Shown here piece after piece: positions 12,201 through 19,217 of a stretch of DNA of 43,256 nucleotides. This DNA comes from a virus. Taxonomy: Duplodnaviria > Caudoviricetes. The stretch is taken from positions 1 through 43,256 of IMG/VR virus record IMGVR_UViG_3300046710_000084. One strand, given 5' to 3'. The notes beneath the pieces were generated by a model that ran no database searches, was not told the DNA's origin, and saw only the letters and a list, made by a program, of their open reading frames with translations. Both the position numbers and the translations under genes were made by a program. Position 1 is the stretch's first letter. Each line of letters starts with the position of its first letter.

Positions 12201-13779
12201 AGTTAGGAAACTCCAGGTAAGCCTTATTGACTGTCTCGTTGGTAGTAACACCAAACCCAAGCCTCGCCTGAAGTGCGGCTATCTCTTTGTTGGTAACTTC
12301 TCTGAGCTCACCAGCAGCAAGACGGTCAGGGTCATAGGACTCGCCATAGCCTGAGTACGCATTACGATACTTAGGGATGACTAGCTGGTGTTGACCAAGG
12401 ATAAGGTTTTGAGCTCCCATGCGTTCCTCAAGAGGAACTTCTGGAAGGTTCTCAAGTTGACCTTTCTGGTTTACTATCCTGCCCATGGAGACATTCGCAT
12501 AAGTCCACTTATTGCTTGATGGAACAATCTCTCCAGCGTGGTGTGGGACATTGATATTGATATCACCCTGGATTAGCCCCTCAATGTTTTCTGCAACAAC
12601 GTAGCTTGGGGTCTTACGAAAACCCATTGCGCCAATCTTTATCCCCATATTCTCTGGATAAAGTGTACCGCCTCCAGGTTGTAGGGCTTCCTGTGGGGTA
12701 TAGAGATTAGTCGTGACAAATCCAGCCTCAGGGATACGACCACCTACCTGTGCTGTAGTAAGGCGATAGCCAGCACCAAAGCCCCTTTGCGGAATGGGGG
12801 TTGGAGCTATTGGCTGTCGATTGAAGTCCAGGGGTTCGGCTGTATCTCTGCCCTCAATAAGGTTCAAGTGCTTTGACATCGAAGACGTAGGCAGATATCC
12901 GAGGTTGCCCCTGGCTGCATAGTGGAAGTACTCACGTAAACGGCGGGTCTCTCCACCACTCATACCTCTGTCCTGAGCGTAACCATATTCTCTCAGGGCT
13001 GAGCCAAAGGTGGATGTATAGTTGGGTTGACCAGGAGGAGCCTGTACGTAGATGGGAGCATTGGTCTCTATCGTATGATAGGTATACTCATTCATACGGC
13101 GAGCCTGTTCCATCTGAGCAACACCAGCGGCCTTCTCATCTGCAAAGACGTTGGATAGCTGAAGAGTCTTAGCAGCATTCTGGACAAGCGATGGAGCGGA
13201 GCGTTTATTGATGAGCATCGTTCCAGCGGCTACCGAGATGTCTGCATTCTCGTCAGCACCTTCAGCAGCGATGTTGTACAAATGACTCTGCACGTCAGCA
13301 TTAGTGTTGCCCTGAGCTCTTTCAGTACGGACTGTCTCGAATGACGTGGAGAGTGCCGCAGCAAAACTAGCTGTCGGGCCTCGTAGTACCTGTTGGATAG
13401 TAAATGGGTCTTTAGCGGTTCTGGCACGATTGCCCTGCTGAGCACCTAGCTGATAACTTCTTTCAAGTGTGCCAGCGAACACATAGCCATAATCGCCTCT
13501 ACGTGTCATCAACTGCGGAGCCCACTCATTCACAGGGGCAGCATTTTGATTGCCATAGTTGGTGGTAAAGTTCGATTGTGCAGGAAGATTTATATTGAGA
13601 TTGGTGGATACGGTCTCGTTGCCACGAGTATGCGAGATGTGAAAGAAACTCGCTTCTGGTAACACCTGACCACGTGGGGTCTTGCGCTCGATGTACGAAA
13701 CTGCGTACTCTGGCCCCAAAATGGACTCAAGATATTTCCCAAAGTCCTGCATGTTTGGCTTATTGAAATTGGCTGGCAT
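3274..13779 (-). CDS. Giant tape measure protein fused to a putative two-barrel RNA polymerase and a YqaJ-like nuclease domain, 3501 aa
   Basis: Follows the frameshifting tail chaperones (canonical TMP slot). C-terminal part has Gly-rich hydrophobic segments, Q/E coiled coil and the TMP-type end motif SATGSPIGAGEPQVVGEHGKPEWFVPNVNGKITP. N-terminal part has KWAGEGEK (aa ~534-541), NEVYVPEELA, GRWPLL (R1085) and GGDFDLD (D1137-D1141). Confidence 0.75.
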   Translation of the reverse strand: MPANFNKPNMQDFGKYLESILGPEYAVSYIERKTPRGQVLPEASFFHISHTRGNETVSTNLNINLPAQSNFTTNYGNQNAAPVNEWAPQLMTRRGDYGYVFAGTLERSYQLGAQQGNRARTAKDPFTIQQVLRGPTASFAAALSTSFETVRTERAQGNTNADVQSHLYNIAAEGADENADISVAAGTMLINKRSAPSLVQNAAKTLQLSNVFADEKAAGVAQMEQARRMNEYTYHTIETNAPIYVQAPPGQPNYTSTFGSALREYGYAQDRGMSGGETRRLREYFHYAARGNLGYLPTSSMSKHLNLIEGRDTAEPLDFNRQPIAPTPIPQRGFGAGYRLTTAQVGGRIPEAGFVTTNLYTPQEALQPGGGTLYPENMGIKIGAMGFRKTPSYVVAENIEGLIQGDININVPHHAGEIVPSSNKWTYANVSMGRIVNQKGQLENLPEVPLEERMGAQNLILGQHQLVIPKYRNAYSGYGESYDPDRLAAGELREVTNKEIAALQARLGFGVTTNETVNKAYLEFPNSFVDVNAKWAGEGEKIGLTEEAGRPVINVGTKSPIPITTTSIEIKSLPEKMITSLGGLNATRQERLLSQYAEDLRLSELQKTGAEAQALAQQYEGVTTVLGETRTARAQNPAARLDIDRMSELMGLPAHEVGRDILQRIFLGGRTTQQLSQMSETELNTMAQSPQNLTNLRRYGTGFVGSDMTTQVSRMYEEQEYQTLLSPYQLANPNMGAAESEAAFQKQFGFAAQAENGQRMRTHGIPGFAVTGISSAGLEWSGGGRANAEIAGLLTAKAPDYAAALGLSTLDTEAAGNLSRGLEAQKIHEMRNPARWGAAQLTALSMVDRARGTSGFEIPESTTITEQMASKMSSDVGLMSSLGRSGSTLAGLTAFESKLQEYFPNVEPDTLKTRPLAFETAPGYYLPSTHAIRTQAEESVTGEDKTRLWNMAQGAIRQGIEGSTYHDPDAVMSGGNKIYNYLAKRFGLSEGVKTEGNKALFGSDVPITNARYSYWQGLKQNEVYVPEELARASIRHGLTGIGVEPTEEDVNQMWNAIQGKNSKIRMPSAVKQYVKEMGLPISGGRWPLLEGKGSAFFGNLVTSQQLERRGSAVPIASGMSNSVFRIGAGLSSILGGDFDLDQLWAAMGITSARRGKSGNLSVQFGAFTRKGELRPSVETGLREVAGVPYRKILEGLFPSGMSEQFDPLYQNILKTGSGGMAAIAKLMGTQYDKAGLYPYQMLKESLQTWSGSKTMMGSTYNYTRAREAQQSVSGWTTEQIMQARRTRAQLYQPFLDILAKNPTPLVEMYQKSFLSTGTSGGVGTLGMGWGLTNDKNDINWTSKAAQNNRLDKASIMQTTQNMLYSAIQPSNLLGKQFLPTPELLASDFSPEGSRAFVPASGRNPLDVNMWRDIQAARNAGTPNLEMERQYYEQTSLQEALTGPYQGKGTIVEKAQAMRDAGMDWFRANYAQDENRLKMFNMPILGAMFGKAVASKALNEPGWQPPDAFAQTEEGQLLMQNAALQQPLFNMMKGKLFPADTAMKFMRGAQNLGRGVNNTLAWGLGNIQNLLGFGKMGLTSELGTMYEQVADMPVEIRGHEVPALAGVGPKYETNTTLGKRPRQEYREQSLLASNVYSVGKFLGYQNPFKLSNMLFPSEGNKYLEAGTIMEARLGAIMGEKAGWKSVNPMRYNEDTGRLESVEASNPAFPWSSPFTWRGKLSGQQHETIVSATEDFVHNVRRPGQESFMQFEELKHVSAGITREQIIKERLPAAKLQSRVTPWTIEENLKDVARGGKEGEAAAERILQPLRSRFETEAEYKEAQENLLAGRFGSRPTFVQAGSPLATEIEKGANADVGAIQGMIEEQHQPGYWGAGITTSYVSNPTQHDELTQQIAAGSRDVLAARPRSLAKMWDIAAAAPAYWEQRQKQLQAAGQPLSHVRAMMDTAGAAYKALRSIGVGAYQDLTQTQATGPSVIQSGMGSAFAGMPFMPPMPGATGTTSGTTQAQTPLSQQATIPVQPPAATPPAATTVPTAIPTTPVLGGYTQKDAEELARLAGEQRQAPTLLGKARMEQLINKRLDNSNFVNQVGRYAPPTGSGAPTAGTPVAPGGTTGAPVAPSGGVPLAPKPGQVDPTAQANRFLQQYNQFFPQTSSGAPDLNRGVYAANQALFAKLGAVTGTSVTTVAEASAALANMSSEDITKKFGGFQKPGQQLHEMYRLAGQVIKNESQIAFDKLPAAQRSQVIDLARQVRDTSTQEGQAGVPLITASKAFEVTKTKDTAGAPMGSVLAAHFEKLSTISQKLYDNMEALRKGSIDYNTAKNEETRLVKEGSQISAQIKTEKVGGPLEEAGLLQRNATGQLERIAGIVPRGIKQAEDLAKFEAARNEELAGVLPGEAQPRGLAGFGGMARKALGGWGMMFAGRMFGLATGGMTYSGAEAAQLEGVFGGAAGQMSGTPYMPYNQAQRIQNLKALYGSEVQGLPGLQTFAQTTPGLSDVYNTAVAGLGGFGYAAWIGSLGGKDSMLSKYAPAIGGVLAAASLIGTGAQKAQNPEPVGQRMAYASRIGSTPGEAIGQIFSLTDTIAQILNPSGTKEATQGYQEVGFLMGRGATPASMVSQLGTMHGGKLTAEEANKANIRAMRLILQENPELSPEAVAKAYSFGASTGIAQDQYSKVAAYMQQTGMSPEVMSNIMTLTGRGYGAQYGGGQLGQAFLQSMGTMTPTMSKYLEAGQGVLQQMGTAATYATQGMDWTQLQNYTSTLGQYAGTPQAGVFTNQMQQWQQQKQFGWNVQQPNAAMLTHTPTQEELGIEAIRSQKAENVSQLVNQIGAIQSNYLGRTDTEAWTTQQGLSGKSVGELQKMLDEMSDLAKSVAMQRSLVPGKTEQYYQDYRAQMESMVPSERIIQQGSQDQLLAAREMLMQQGVPYSVAQPQMEYLQANRTPQQITRFAKETQWGAAAAEQMAMGWSLREPQKADVLSMLNWQAEVASGMPEARVTPMGTPYNDYYKNMIQGIAQFEPYALTQGVANGLNIPGTETQIPGFMASRDIWGPNAPMGMAGMPLNAPAFTVSGASHPLFGMLQQNLGSSMNWKGGVGQAFSQGYQVPGTNFAMAGLQGAQNYLMVQQAENQAAYAGNSAAQLALAMKYTPQMWGIQDQTTNLGYEQQRWGFQRQEQGLQMQQQQAQQNWGMQQTQMNMQRGWTRQDWVTQDQQRNQQWGWQVEDFQENVRFMTGRDRRLAERQMSRATITHDQEGDQIDKNRKRQEEMWALEDERFDLQKQQFMENQKFQEEGIAKQKEFFEQRVVLETQLRDLQREYQREQWELQKQMVGIQAKQAQDAADYATLQAGISATMLEQQTMTEDIQKNGVDFVTLWDTKLKEWVALLGGTPQSGGNPPSGNDPNVTCPIASDWTGPASQLNAHIQQVHMSATGSPIGAGEPQVVGEHGKPEWFVPNVNGKITPYKPWDSTSMKSTVASDRREREPALIIVNIGNEELKRYVVKAVEEEL

Positions 13780-13785
13780 AACTCC

Positions 13786-14052
13786 CTACTTCCCTGCTAG
13801 AGCAATTTGTGTCTTTTCTACAGTAGCCCATTCTTCAAGGAACTGTTTTATTACACCATGCTCTTGCACCCACCAAAATGGTTGGTCTAGCAAACCGCCA
13901 GCGACATAAGGAAGACCTAAATCCCTGGCTTGTTCATAACGAGTAAGGGCTTCAGGCTTCTCTAGTCTCTCTTCAGGTGGTATCTTGCCACCCGCTCGAA
14001 TTTCATTACCTTGTCCGAAGTAGTCCCACAGATACGTTTTGAGAGCATTCAT
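13786..14052 (-). CDS. Tail assembly chaperone C-terminal extension (gpT-like), probably made by -1 frameshift
   Basis: In the -1 frame relative to 14067..14534. The -1 frame is open from the slippery site (G-I-V-L-S-Q-Q-M-N-A-L-K...). Confidence 0.7.
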   Translation of the reverse strand: MNALKTYLWDYFGQGNEIRAGGKIPPEERLEKPEALTRYEQARDLGLPYVAGGLLDQPFWWVQEHGVIKQFLEEWATVEKTQIALAGK

Positions 14053-14066
14053 CTGTTGGGATAAAA

Positions 14067-14534
14067 CTATTCCCCCAAGTCGGTGTCGCCCACGCCTCCC
14101 ATAATCCAGTGCGGGTTCATCTCTTGGACTTTTGAATGAATTTCGGCGGCTGTCTCATCGTCAAGTGTGCCAAAGGCATCGTTGAACTGGTCAGTTCTCA
14201 TGTCCAGAAACGGCCCATTAGCATCACTCTTGAAGCGAAACAGAGGTTCTTTGCCATCAGCCTTGGTGATATTGCATCCTACCAGTGTCAACTCGACTTC
14301 CTTGGAGATAAGGTCATACAAAGGAAGACGGAAGATGACACGCTCTTTCCCGCCGTTATTGTCGGCAAGCTCACGAATGTACTCCGCAAACAGCTTACTA
14401 CGCAGGGAGTTCTGCCGTACTGTTGCCAGACGGATAGTGACAATGGTCTTTTCATCGGTTGGAATACCTTGGCGCTCGTCTAGCTTCTCAAGTTGAAACT
14501 CTTTTGTCTCAGGTGGTGATACACGTGCTGGCAT
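14067..14534 (-). CDS. Tail assembly chaperone (gpG-like), 155 aa
   Basis: Acidic ~150-aa gene two genes before the TMP. AGGAG RBS; ends TTG GGG GAA TAG. Confidence 0.75.
   Translation of the reverse strand: MPARVSPPETKEFQLEKLDERQGIPTDEKTIVTIRLATVRQNSLRSKLFAEYIRELADNNGGKERVIFRLPLYDLISKEVELTLVGCNITKADGKEPLFRFKSDANGPFLDMRTDQFNDAFGTLDDETAAEIHSKVQEMNPHWIMGGVGDTDLGE
14070..14076 (-). other. Programmed -1 ribosomal frameshift site GGGGGAA
   Basis: G GGG GAA immediately before the gpG-like stop, and the -1 frame joins 13786..14052. The same heptamer is the known gpG/gpGT slip site of mycobacteriophage L5. Confidence 0.75.
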
Positions 14535-14543
14535 GTTAGTCTC

Positions 14544-15182
14544 CTAATGTACTCGTTTGAGATACCCCGAAGGGTTCCATGTGATTAGATATTGCTCGCA
14601 TTCTCGGTCAACCTCAAATGCGTGGTTCTCTTTCAAGAAGGTCTGTATAGCTGGATAGGGGCCGCTGTAGTTCCTTGGTAGTCCATGATTGGCGATACTG
14701 TCTTCCACGATGTAATAACCACCCTTCTTTATAAGGGGTGAGTATAATCGTAGACAAGCAAGTGTATGCTTTTCGTCATGGCTGGAGTCCTCGATGACTA
14801 TGACCTTCTCAGGAAATTTTATTTGCTCAAGTATTTGAGGTAAGACATCCAGGGCTGCCCCTGTAAGGAACATACAACGTGGATGCTGTCTCGCTAATGG
14901 GTATATTTTATCACAGATATCAACACTGATGATACGCCCCTTGCCTATTCTGTCAAGCCAGTGTGCCATCATTAGAGCACTGCCACCAAACTTACTGCCA
15001 ATCTCTATGATGACATCTGGCTTATAGTTGAACAGGAGTTGCTGATATACCCATGCATCCAGAGGAAATTTGTAGGTTGGGATGCCGAAGTATGTCGCTT
15101 TCTTCAGAATACCATCTTGAATGTGTCGAAACACAGTTTCAAGGTCTACTCTTTTCTCAACAGCCTGTTCGTGAGTAATCAT
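14544..15182 (-). CDS. CmcI (cephalosporin hydroxylase / rhamnosyl O-methyltransferase) family SAM methyltransferase, 212 aa
   Basis: Motifs K.PLDAWVYQ, PDVIIEIGSKFGGS, IISVDI, VIEDSSH, GGYYIVED, ITWNPSGYLKR. Start placed at MITHEQ (ATGA overlap with upstream stop). Confidence 0.85.
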   Translation of the reverse strand: MITHEQAVEKRVDLETVFRHIQDGILKKATYFGIPTYKFPLDAWVYQQLLFNYKPDVIIEIGSKFGGSALMMAHWLDRIGKGRIISVDICDKIYPLARQHPRCMFLTGAALDVLPQILEQIKFPEKVIVIEDSSHDEKHTLACLRLYSPLIKKGGYYIVEDSIANHGLPRNYSGPYPAIQTFLKENHAFEVDRECEQYLITWNPSGYLKRVH

Positions 15183-15796
15183 TTTCGTGTAGCGCTCCAG
15201 ATGCGACCATAGGTGTGATAGTCCTTCCATAGACCAGAAGGTATCACAATTTCGTCAATGACCTTGGTGACACCCACTTGGCGTGTATGGTAGTCATGGA
15301 AGGCGATATGTCCACCAGAGGGAATGAACCCAAACCAAGCAGTGTAGTCTGCAAGTACATTTGCAAACTTGTGGCTTGCGTCAATGAAGAGCAGGTCAAT
15401 GGGTTTGGTGCGCCGAGATGCAGCCTTTAGGCTGCTAATCATCTTTGGGATAACAAAATCACTCAGACCCATCTGAGCCACTTGGTCTTGGAATATCTGC
15501 CAAGTTTCCTCACTGGAGTAGTGAGCGAAGGTCTTGCCAACACCCTTTGTCCAAAGGTCAATGGCATAGATTTTGGCTGTGTTATTGCCAGCCTCTTTAG
15601 CAGCAGAGGCCATAACACAAATCGACTTGCCACGGTGGGAGCCAATCTCAACAATACATCCACCCATGGGGATATTCAAGCCAAGCCACGAAAGATGCTT
15701 GACCTCAATATCGTTGATGCCTGTGGTGCTACCCTTGTCGCCAGACAAGAGTGCATTCAGTTCATCATGTTTGTTCAAAATAGAAAGCTGTTCCAT
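15179..15796 (-). CDS. Class I SAM-dependent methyltransferase (Methyltransf_24-like), 205 aa
   Basis: IVEIGSHRGKS, IYAIDLW, IDLLFIDASH, GGHIAFHDY. Confidence 0.85.
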   Translation of the reverse strand: MEQLSILNKHDELNALLSGDKGSTTGINDIEVKHLSWLGLNIPMGGCIVEIGSHRGKSICVMASAAKEAGNNTAKIYAIDLWTKGVGKTFAHYSSEETWQIFQDQVAQMGLSDFVIPKMISSLKAASRRTKPIDLLFIDASHKFANVLADYTAWFGFIPSGGHIAFHDYHTRQVGVTKVIDEIVIPSGLWKDYHTYGRIWSATRK

Positions 15797-16853
15797 CTCG
15801 TTTACTCCTTATGTATTCTGTTATTGCCCTAGCAGCCCTCTTCGCAGATTTGCCCATGTAGGGATACAACTCATCAATCATCTTGAGTCTTTGTGGATAA
15901 AATTCTTCTGGATGAGCTATGGTTCTACGAACTGCTGTTAGTAGCTGGCTAGGTTTGTTCACACAAATTCCTATGTCTGTGTAATCCCAAAACCTTATTC
16001 CCCAATGTACATCTCTACGGAACCAAGGTGCGTTCAATATTATAACAGGTTTACCAGTACAGGAAAACTCGTACATCGTTGACGATGCATCGTTGATATA
16101 GATATCGCAACGCTTCATAATCTTACTGAAGTCGGGCTCGATGTCAGTAATACCACAGTTGTTATAAAGCGGAATTAGCTTATTGATGATTTTGGGGTGT
16201 CCGTGTCCTACAATATGAAATTTCTGTGCAAGTTCTGGAAGTATCTCCAGGTAGAAGTCAAAGGCGTTTCCAGCCTCAGGACAAACGGCTTTACCGTCCC
16301 AATGAAAGGATATCCCAATTGTAGGATTTTCTTTCTTGGTTGGCATCTCTAGTGAGATGGTATCCATCTTTGGAGTACCTATAATAACCTGTGGCGCTGT
16401 CGGGAAAGTCTTAGCTGTCTTATCGTATATATTCTGATTTGGAGGAAGGAACAATGATACTTTACTACGCAAGCCCTCTCCACCACCATAGCCTGGATGT
16501 ACTTCAAAACTAAGTCCTACCCCATGCTCCATGAGAAAGAATGGTCGCATAGAGAATTGATGCCACGCTTGCTCCATATCCCCATAAGCACAGGTAACGA
16601 TTGGCGACATGCCTGGAGGTCGTACTAGGAGTTTGTTCCCTCTTACGCTATGGGAGTGTAGGGTCTCGTACTCAAAGCCCTTGGTTTTAGCATATTCTTC
16701 AATGCATTCAGGAATATAAAACGTACCACGCTCAGATGGTCTGAGCTCGTTCCAAACTGGTAATAAATGGTCTATAAAATGAGTTCTACGTGCAAAGAAG
16801 TCGGGCTTCATAGCCCAAGACGGTTTGTGTACCGTGGGTGCGTATTCTGCCAT
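15765..16853 (-). CDS. GT-B fold transferase (CDP-glycerol glycerophosphotransferase / glycosyltransferase-like), 362 aa
   Basis: MEHG, IIGTPKMD, GHGHP and CDIYINDASSTMYEFSCTGKPVIILN resemble the TagF/TagB motifs G.PR.D, HP and D.LITD.SS..EF...KP. Confidence 0.7.
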   Translation of the reverse strand: MAEYAPTVHKPSWAMKPDFFARRTHFIDHLLPVWNELRPSERGTFYIPECIEEYAKTKGFEYETLHSHSVRGNKLLVRPPGMSPIVTCAYGDMEQAWHQFSMRPFFLMEHGVGLSFEVHPGYGGGEGLRSKVSLFLPPNQNIYDKTAKTFPTAPQVIIGTPKMDTISLEMPTKKENPTIGISFHWDGKAVCPEAGNAFDFYLEILPELAQKFHIVGHGHPKIINKLIPLYNNCGITDIEPDFSKIMKRCDIYINDASSTMYEFSCTGKPVIILNAPWFRRDVHWGIRFWDYTDIGICVNKPSQLLTAVRRTIAHPEEFYPQRLKMIDELYPYMGKSAKRAARAITEYIRSKRDGTAFYFEQT

Positions 16854-16864
16854 GTCTCCACCTT

Positions 16865-16895
16865 GGTAGCCCTCAGAGGAGGGCTGAGGGCTACC
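16865..16895 (-). terminator. GC-rich hairpin after tail tube gene (terminator or processing site)
   Basis: 12-bp perfect stem GGTAGCCCTCAG/CTGAGGGCTACC with a 7-nt loop; no clear U-tract. Confidence 0.45.
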
Positions 16896-16914
16896 TATTC
16901 AATTGTGGTGAAGG

Positions 16915-17997
16915 TTATGAGCCAGCGGAAGGCCAGACGTAACTGGCGGTCTCATTCTTCAGGATAAAGGTTGCGTAATCACCAGCAGTGGGTTCGAGAG
17001 CCGTACCAGTGAACCGAGCGATGATAGCCTGTCCACCAGCAAGCTGGATGGGGCCATTCATCTGCCACATGATGTTCTGTGCGGCGATGTTCAACTGGAA
17101 CTTCTGCGTTCCTGAGCCAGCGATACCAGTACCAAGCATCGCAACGTCCATGGAGCCTGTCATCGGGTTTGAAGACCAAGTTGTGCCGACATTACTGCCA
17201 GTCAAGATGGCCTTGTACAGTCCAGGGTTGTTCCATTTGATTGTGCAATCAAATGTAATCTGGCGCTGGAGGATAGTGATATCTTCCAGAGCAGGAGACC
17301 CATAGACCTTCTCCTGACGGATGTCAAGGTTCTGGTTTGCGAAGGTGACACGAGCACCAACAACAGGGAGTTCCTCTCCAGTCAAGCCACCACCAGTGAA
17401 CTTGATAAAGCCACCGAGCTCACAACCAACGGGGATTGAGTCCCAGTTTTCGTAAGCGGCGTTTTGCCAAGACCAGCCAGCGATGCTGTCTGCGAGTGCG
17501 AACTCACGTCCCATGAAGTCCCACCGAGCAGTGATGGGCGAGTCGTTGGGCAGGGTGAGAGCGAGGGCAATCGGTTTTACATCGGTATAAAGCTCACCGA
17601 TATCCGTGTTGGGGTCACTCTCTTTCATGGGGATATATTTCCGCAGGGAAAGCCAGCGCACGAAGCTCTGGTCAGACGCAAGCGGTTTGAAGGTGTGTGT
17701 ATACACACCACTGGCGGGCGCTCCAGTAGAGCAATCTCCGAGGGTTGCGTAAAGCAACCATCCGAGAGAGTTCTCCAGACGAGGCATGAGTTCCACGCCT
17801 CCACCCACGACATATCCTGCCTTATAGGGGAAGGTAGGGAACGGGCCTGAGCCGATTTCCATCGGGCCTACCCGAATATCATCATTCACGCCGAGGTCGA
17901 TGAGCGTAGCCTTGTGCTTCCAGAAGAGAGTCGCAGCCTCTTCCATCGCACCCTGAGGGCCAAACCCAAAGACACCAGCTTGAGCAGTTACAGCCAT
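16915..17997 (-). CDS. Major tail tube protein, 360 aa
   Basis: Position after head-tail genes and before the chaperones. G/T-rich beta-type sequence with YTHTFKP, typical of siphovirus tail tube proteins. Confidence 0.75.
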   Translation of the reverse strand: MAVTAQAGVFGFGPQGAMEEAATLFWKHKATLIDLGVNDDIRVGPMEIGSGPFPTFPYKAGYVVGGGVELMPRLENSLGWLLYATLGDCSTGAPASGVYTHTFKPLASDQSFVRWLSLRKYIPMKESDPNTDIGELYTDVKPIALALTLPNDSPITARWDFMGREFALADSIAGWSWQNAAYENWDSIPVGCELGGFIKFTGGGLTGEELPVVGARVTFANQNLDIRQEKVYGSPALEDITILQRQITFDCTIKWNNPGLYKAILTGSNVGTTWSSNPMTGSMDVAMLGTGIAGSGTQKFQLNIAAQNIMWQMNGPIQLAGGQAIIARFTGTALEPTAGDYATFILKNETASYVWPSAGS

Positions 17998-18020
17998 TTT
18001 ATCACCTCATAGTCGTAGAG

Positions 18021-18578
18021 TTAGTCCCATGACCTTTCTGTCAGGCACTCCCATATCAACTTACCTCGCCAGAGATAAGAAGTGGGTGGCCCTCCAGACT
18101 GGTACATGGAGTTTTGGGTATGGAACAGCTTGACAGCGTGTTCCCCGAAGTCATCAGTAAGTCCTGACATGTTGAAGAGCTCGATGTTGCTTTGTATCCG
18201 TCCGAGGACGGTATAAGCCCTATCACGAGCTACTTCTTCTTCCAGGTTCTCAATGATAAAGAACAGTTCCAACCTGACAACACCTCTTCGATACCACATC
18301 TGCGAGCCCCCTATTTCACGAGGGGCAAGTGAGAAAGCGAGCTTGGTGTCGTTGTTGGTAGGGTTGCTCACAATCGAGTCCATCAAGTTAGGGTCTTCCA
18401 AATCACCACCCTGTACAGACGCACGAAGCGCAGTAGTGTTAGGGTCTTCTTGGAAACGACCATACTTGACTACGGTAAGCCTTGTGGGGTCTCCGTAGGG
18501 TATCTCAGCGATGCAGATACGATTTAGTTCATCTACAATCCGCTGACATATCATGGGTACGATGTGATTGTTAGCCAT
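18021..18578 (-). CDS. Tail terminator / head-tail completion-like protein, 185 aa
   Basis: Synteny between adaptor and tail tube; size fits. Confidence 0.5.
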   Translation of the reverse strand: MANNHIVPMICQRIVDELNRICIAEIPYGDPTRLTVVKYGRFQEDPNTTALRASVQGGDLEDPNLMDSIVSNPTNNDTKLAFSLAPREIGGSQMWYRRGVVRLELFFIIENLEEEVARDRAYTVLGRIQSNIELFNMSGLTDDFGEHAVKLFHTQNSMYQSGGPPTSYLWRGKLIWECLTERSWD

Positions 18579-19206
18579 GAACGCCTCTTATCCTGGCTGG
18601 CATACGTTCCATCTCGATGCGGAAGCGTTCTAGGTAGTATGTGGACATGTCTCTCATTGGGTTCATTATTGGTGTGCCACTATCTACCTGTACATTCCAC
18701 TGTCGGATGTTAGCTGCCGATGACGATTTCTCAAGTAGAGCATAAGACGCTGCGTAGAACACGATTGCTCGTGTACACCATGCAGGGGACTCTAATTCGT
18801 CCTCGTCATCCACAGGAACCGCCCACGTTGCGCCATACAGGAGAGTTACATTTCCGACTGGCGCATTGGCGAGACTGAGACTTCCCTCAGGATACTCCAT
18901 CCAGTCCTGGTTCGAGTTTAGGTCAGAGCCAGGACTATCACCAGCGCTCAGAGTGTTCTGTTTCAAATAGCGACCAGAGTCAGTATCCAAGACCGCCGTT
19001 ATACGGTAGAGGTCTGCGGGTAACTCGAACTCTGTGATGTTACTATCTGCCTCAAGAACTACCTCTGAGCGCTTGAATACCCAAGGGAGTATGGCTTCCA
19101 AAGCAGCAACTATTCCGTCATTGACAAGTGAAACACCGTACTGCTGTGCAGAAGGGTCTGCCAGCACACGGTACACTTTAGCTCTGACTTCGGAGAAAGT
19201 TGCCAT
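18571..19206 (-). CDS. Head-tail adaptor protein, 211 aa
   Basis: Directly after the capsid gene. MATFSEVRAKVYRVLAD N-terminal helix, FELPAD and 'AIVFYAASYAL' fit phage adaptor families. Confidence 0.65.
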   Translation of the reverse strand: MATFSEVRAKVYRVLADPSAQQYGVSLVNDGIVAALEAILPWVFKRSEVVLEADSNITEFELPADLYRITAVLDTDSGRYLKQNTLSAGDSPGSDLNSNQDWMEYPEGSLSLANAPVGNVTLLYGATWAVPVDDEDELESPAWCTRAIVFYAASYALLEKSSSAANIRQWNVQVDSGTPIMNPMRDMSTYYLERFRIEMERMPARIRGVHG

Positions 19207-19217
19207 CAGAAACGCTC

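Noticed and set aside
3587-13909. Many short ORFs within or opposite the giant gene
   Set aside because: No RBS or motifs; expected shadow frames of a 10.5-kb CDS.
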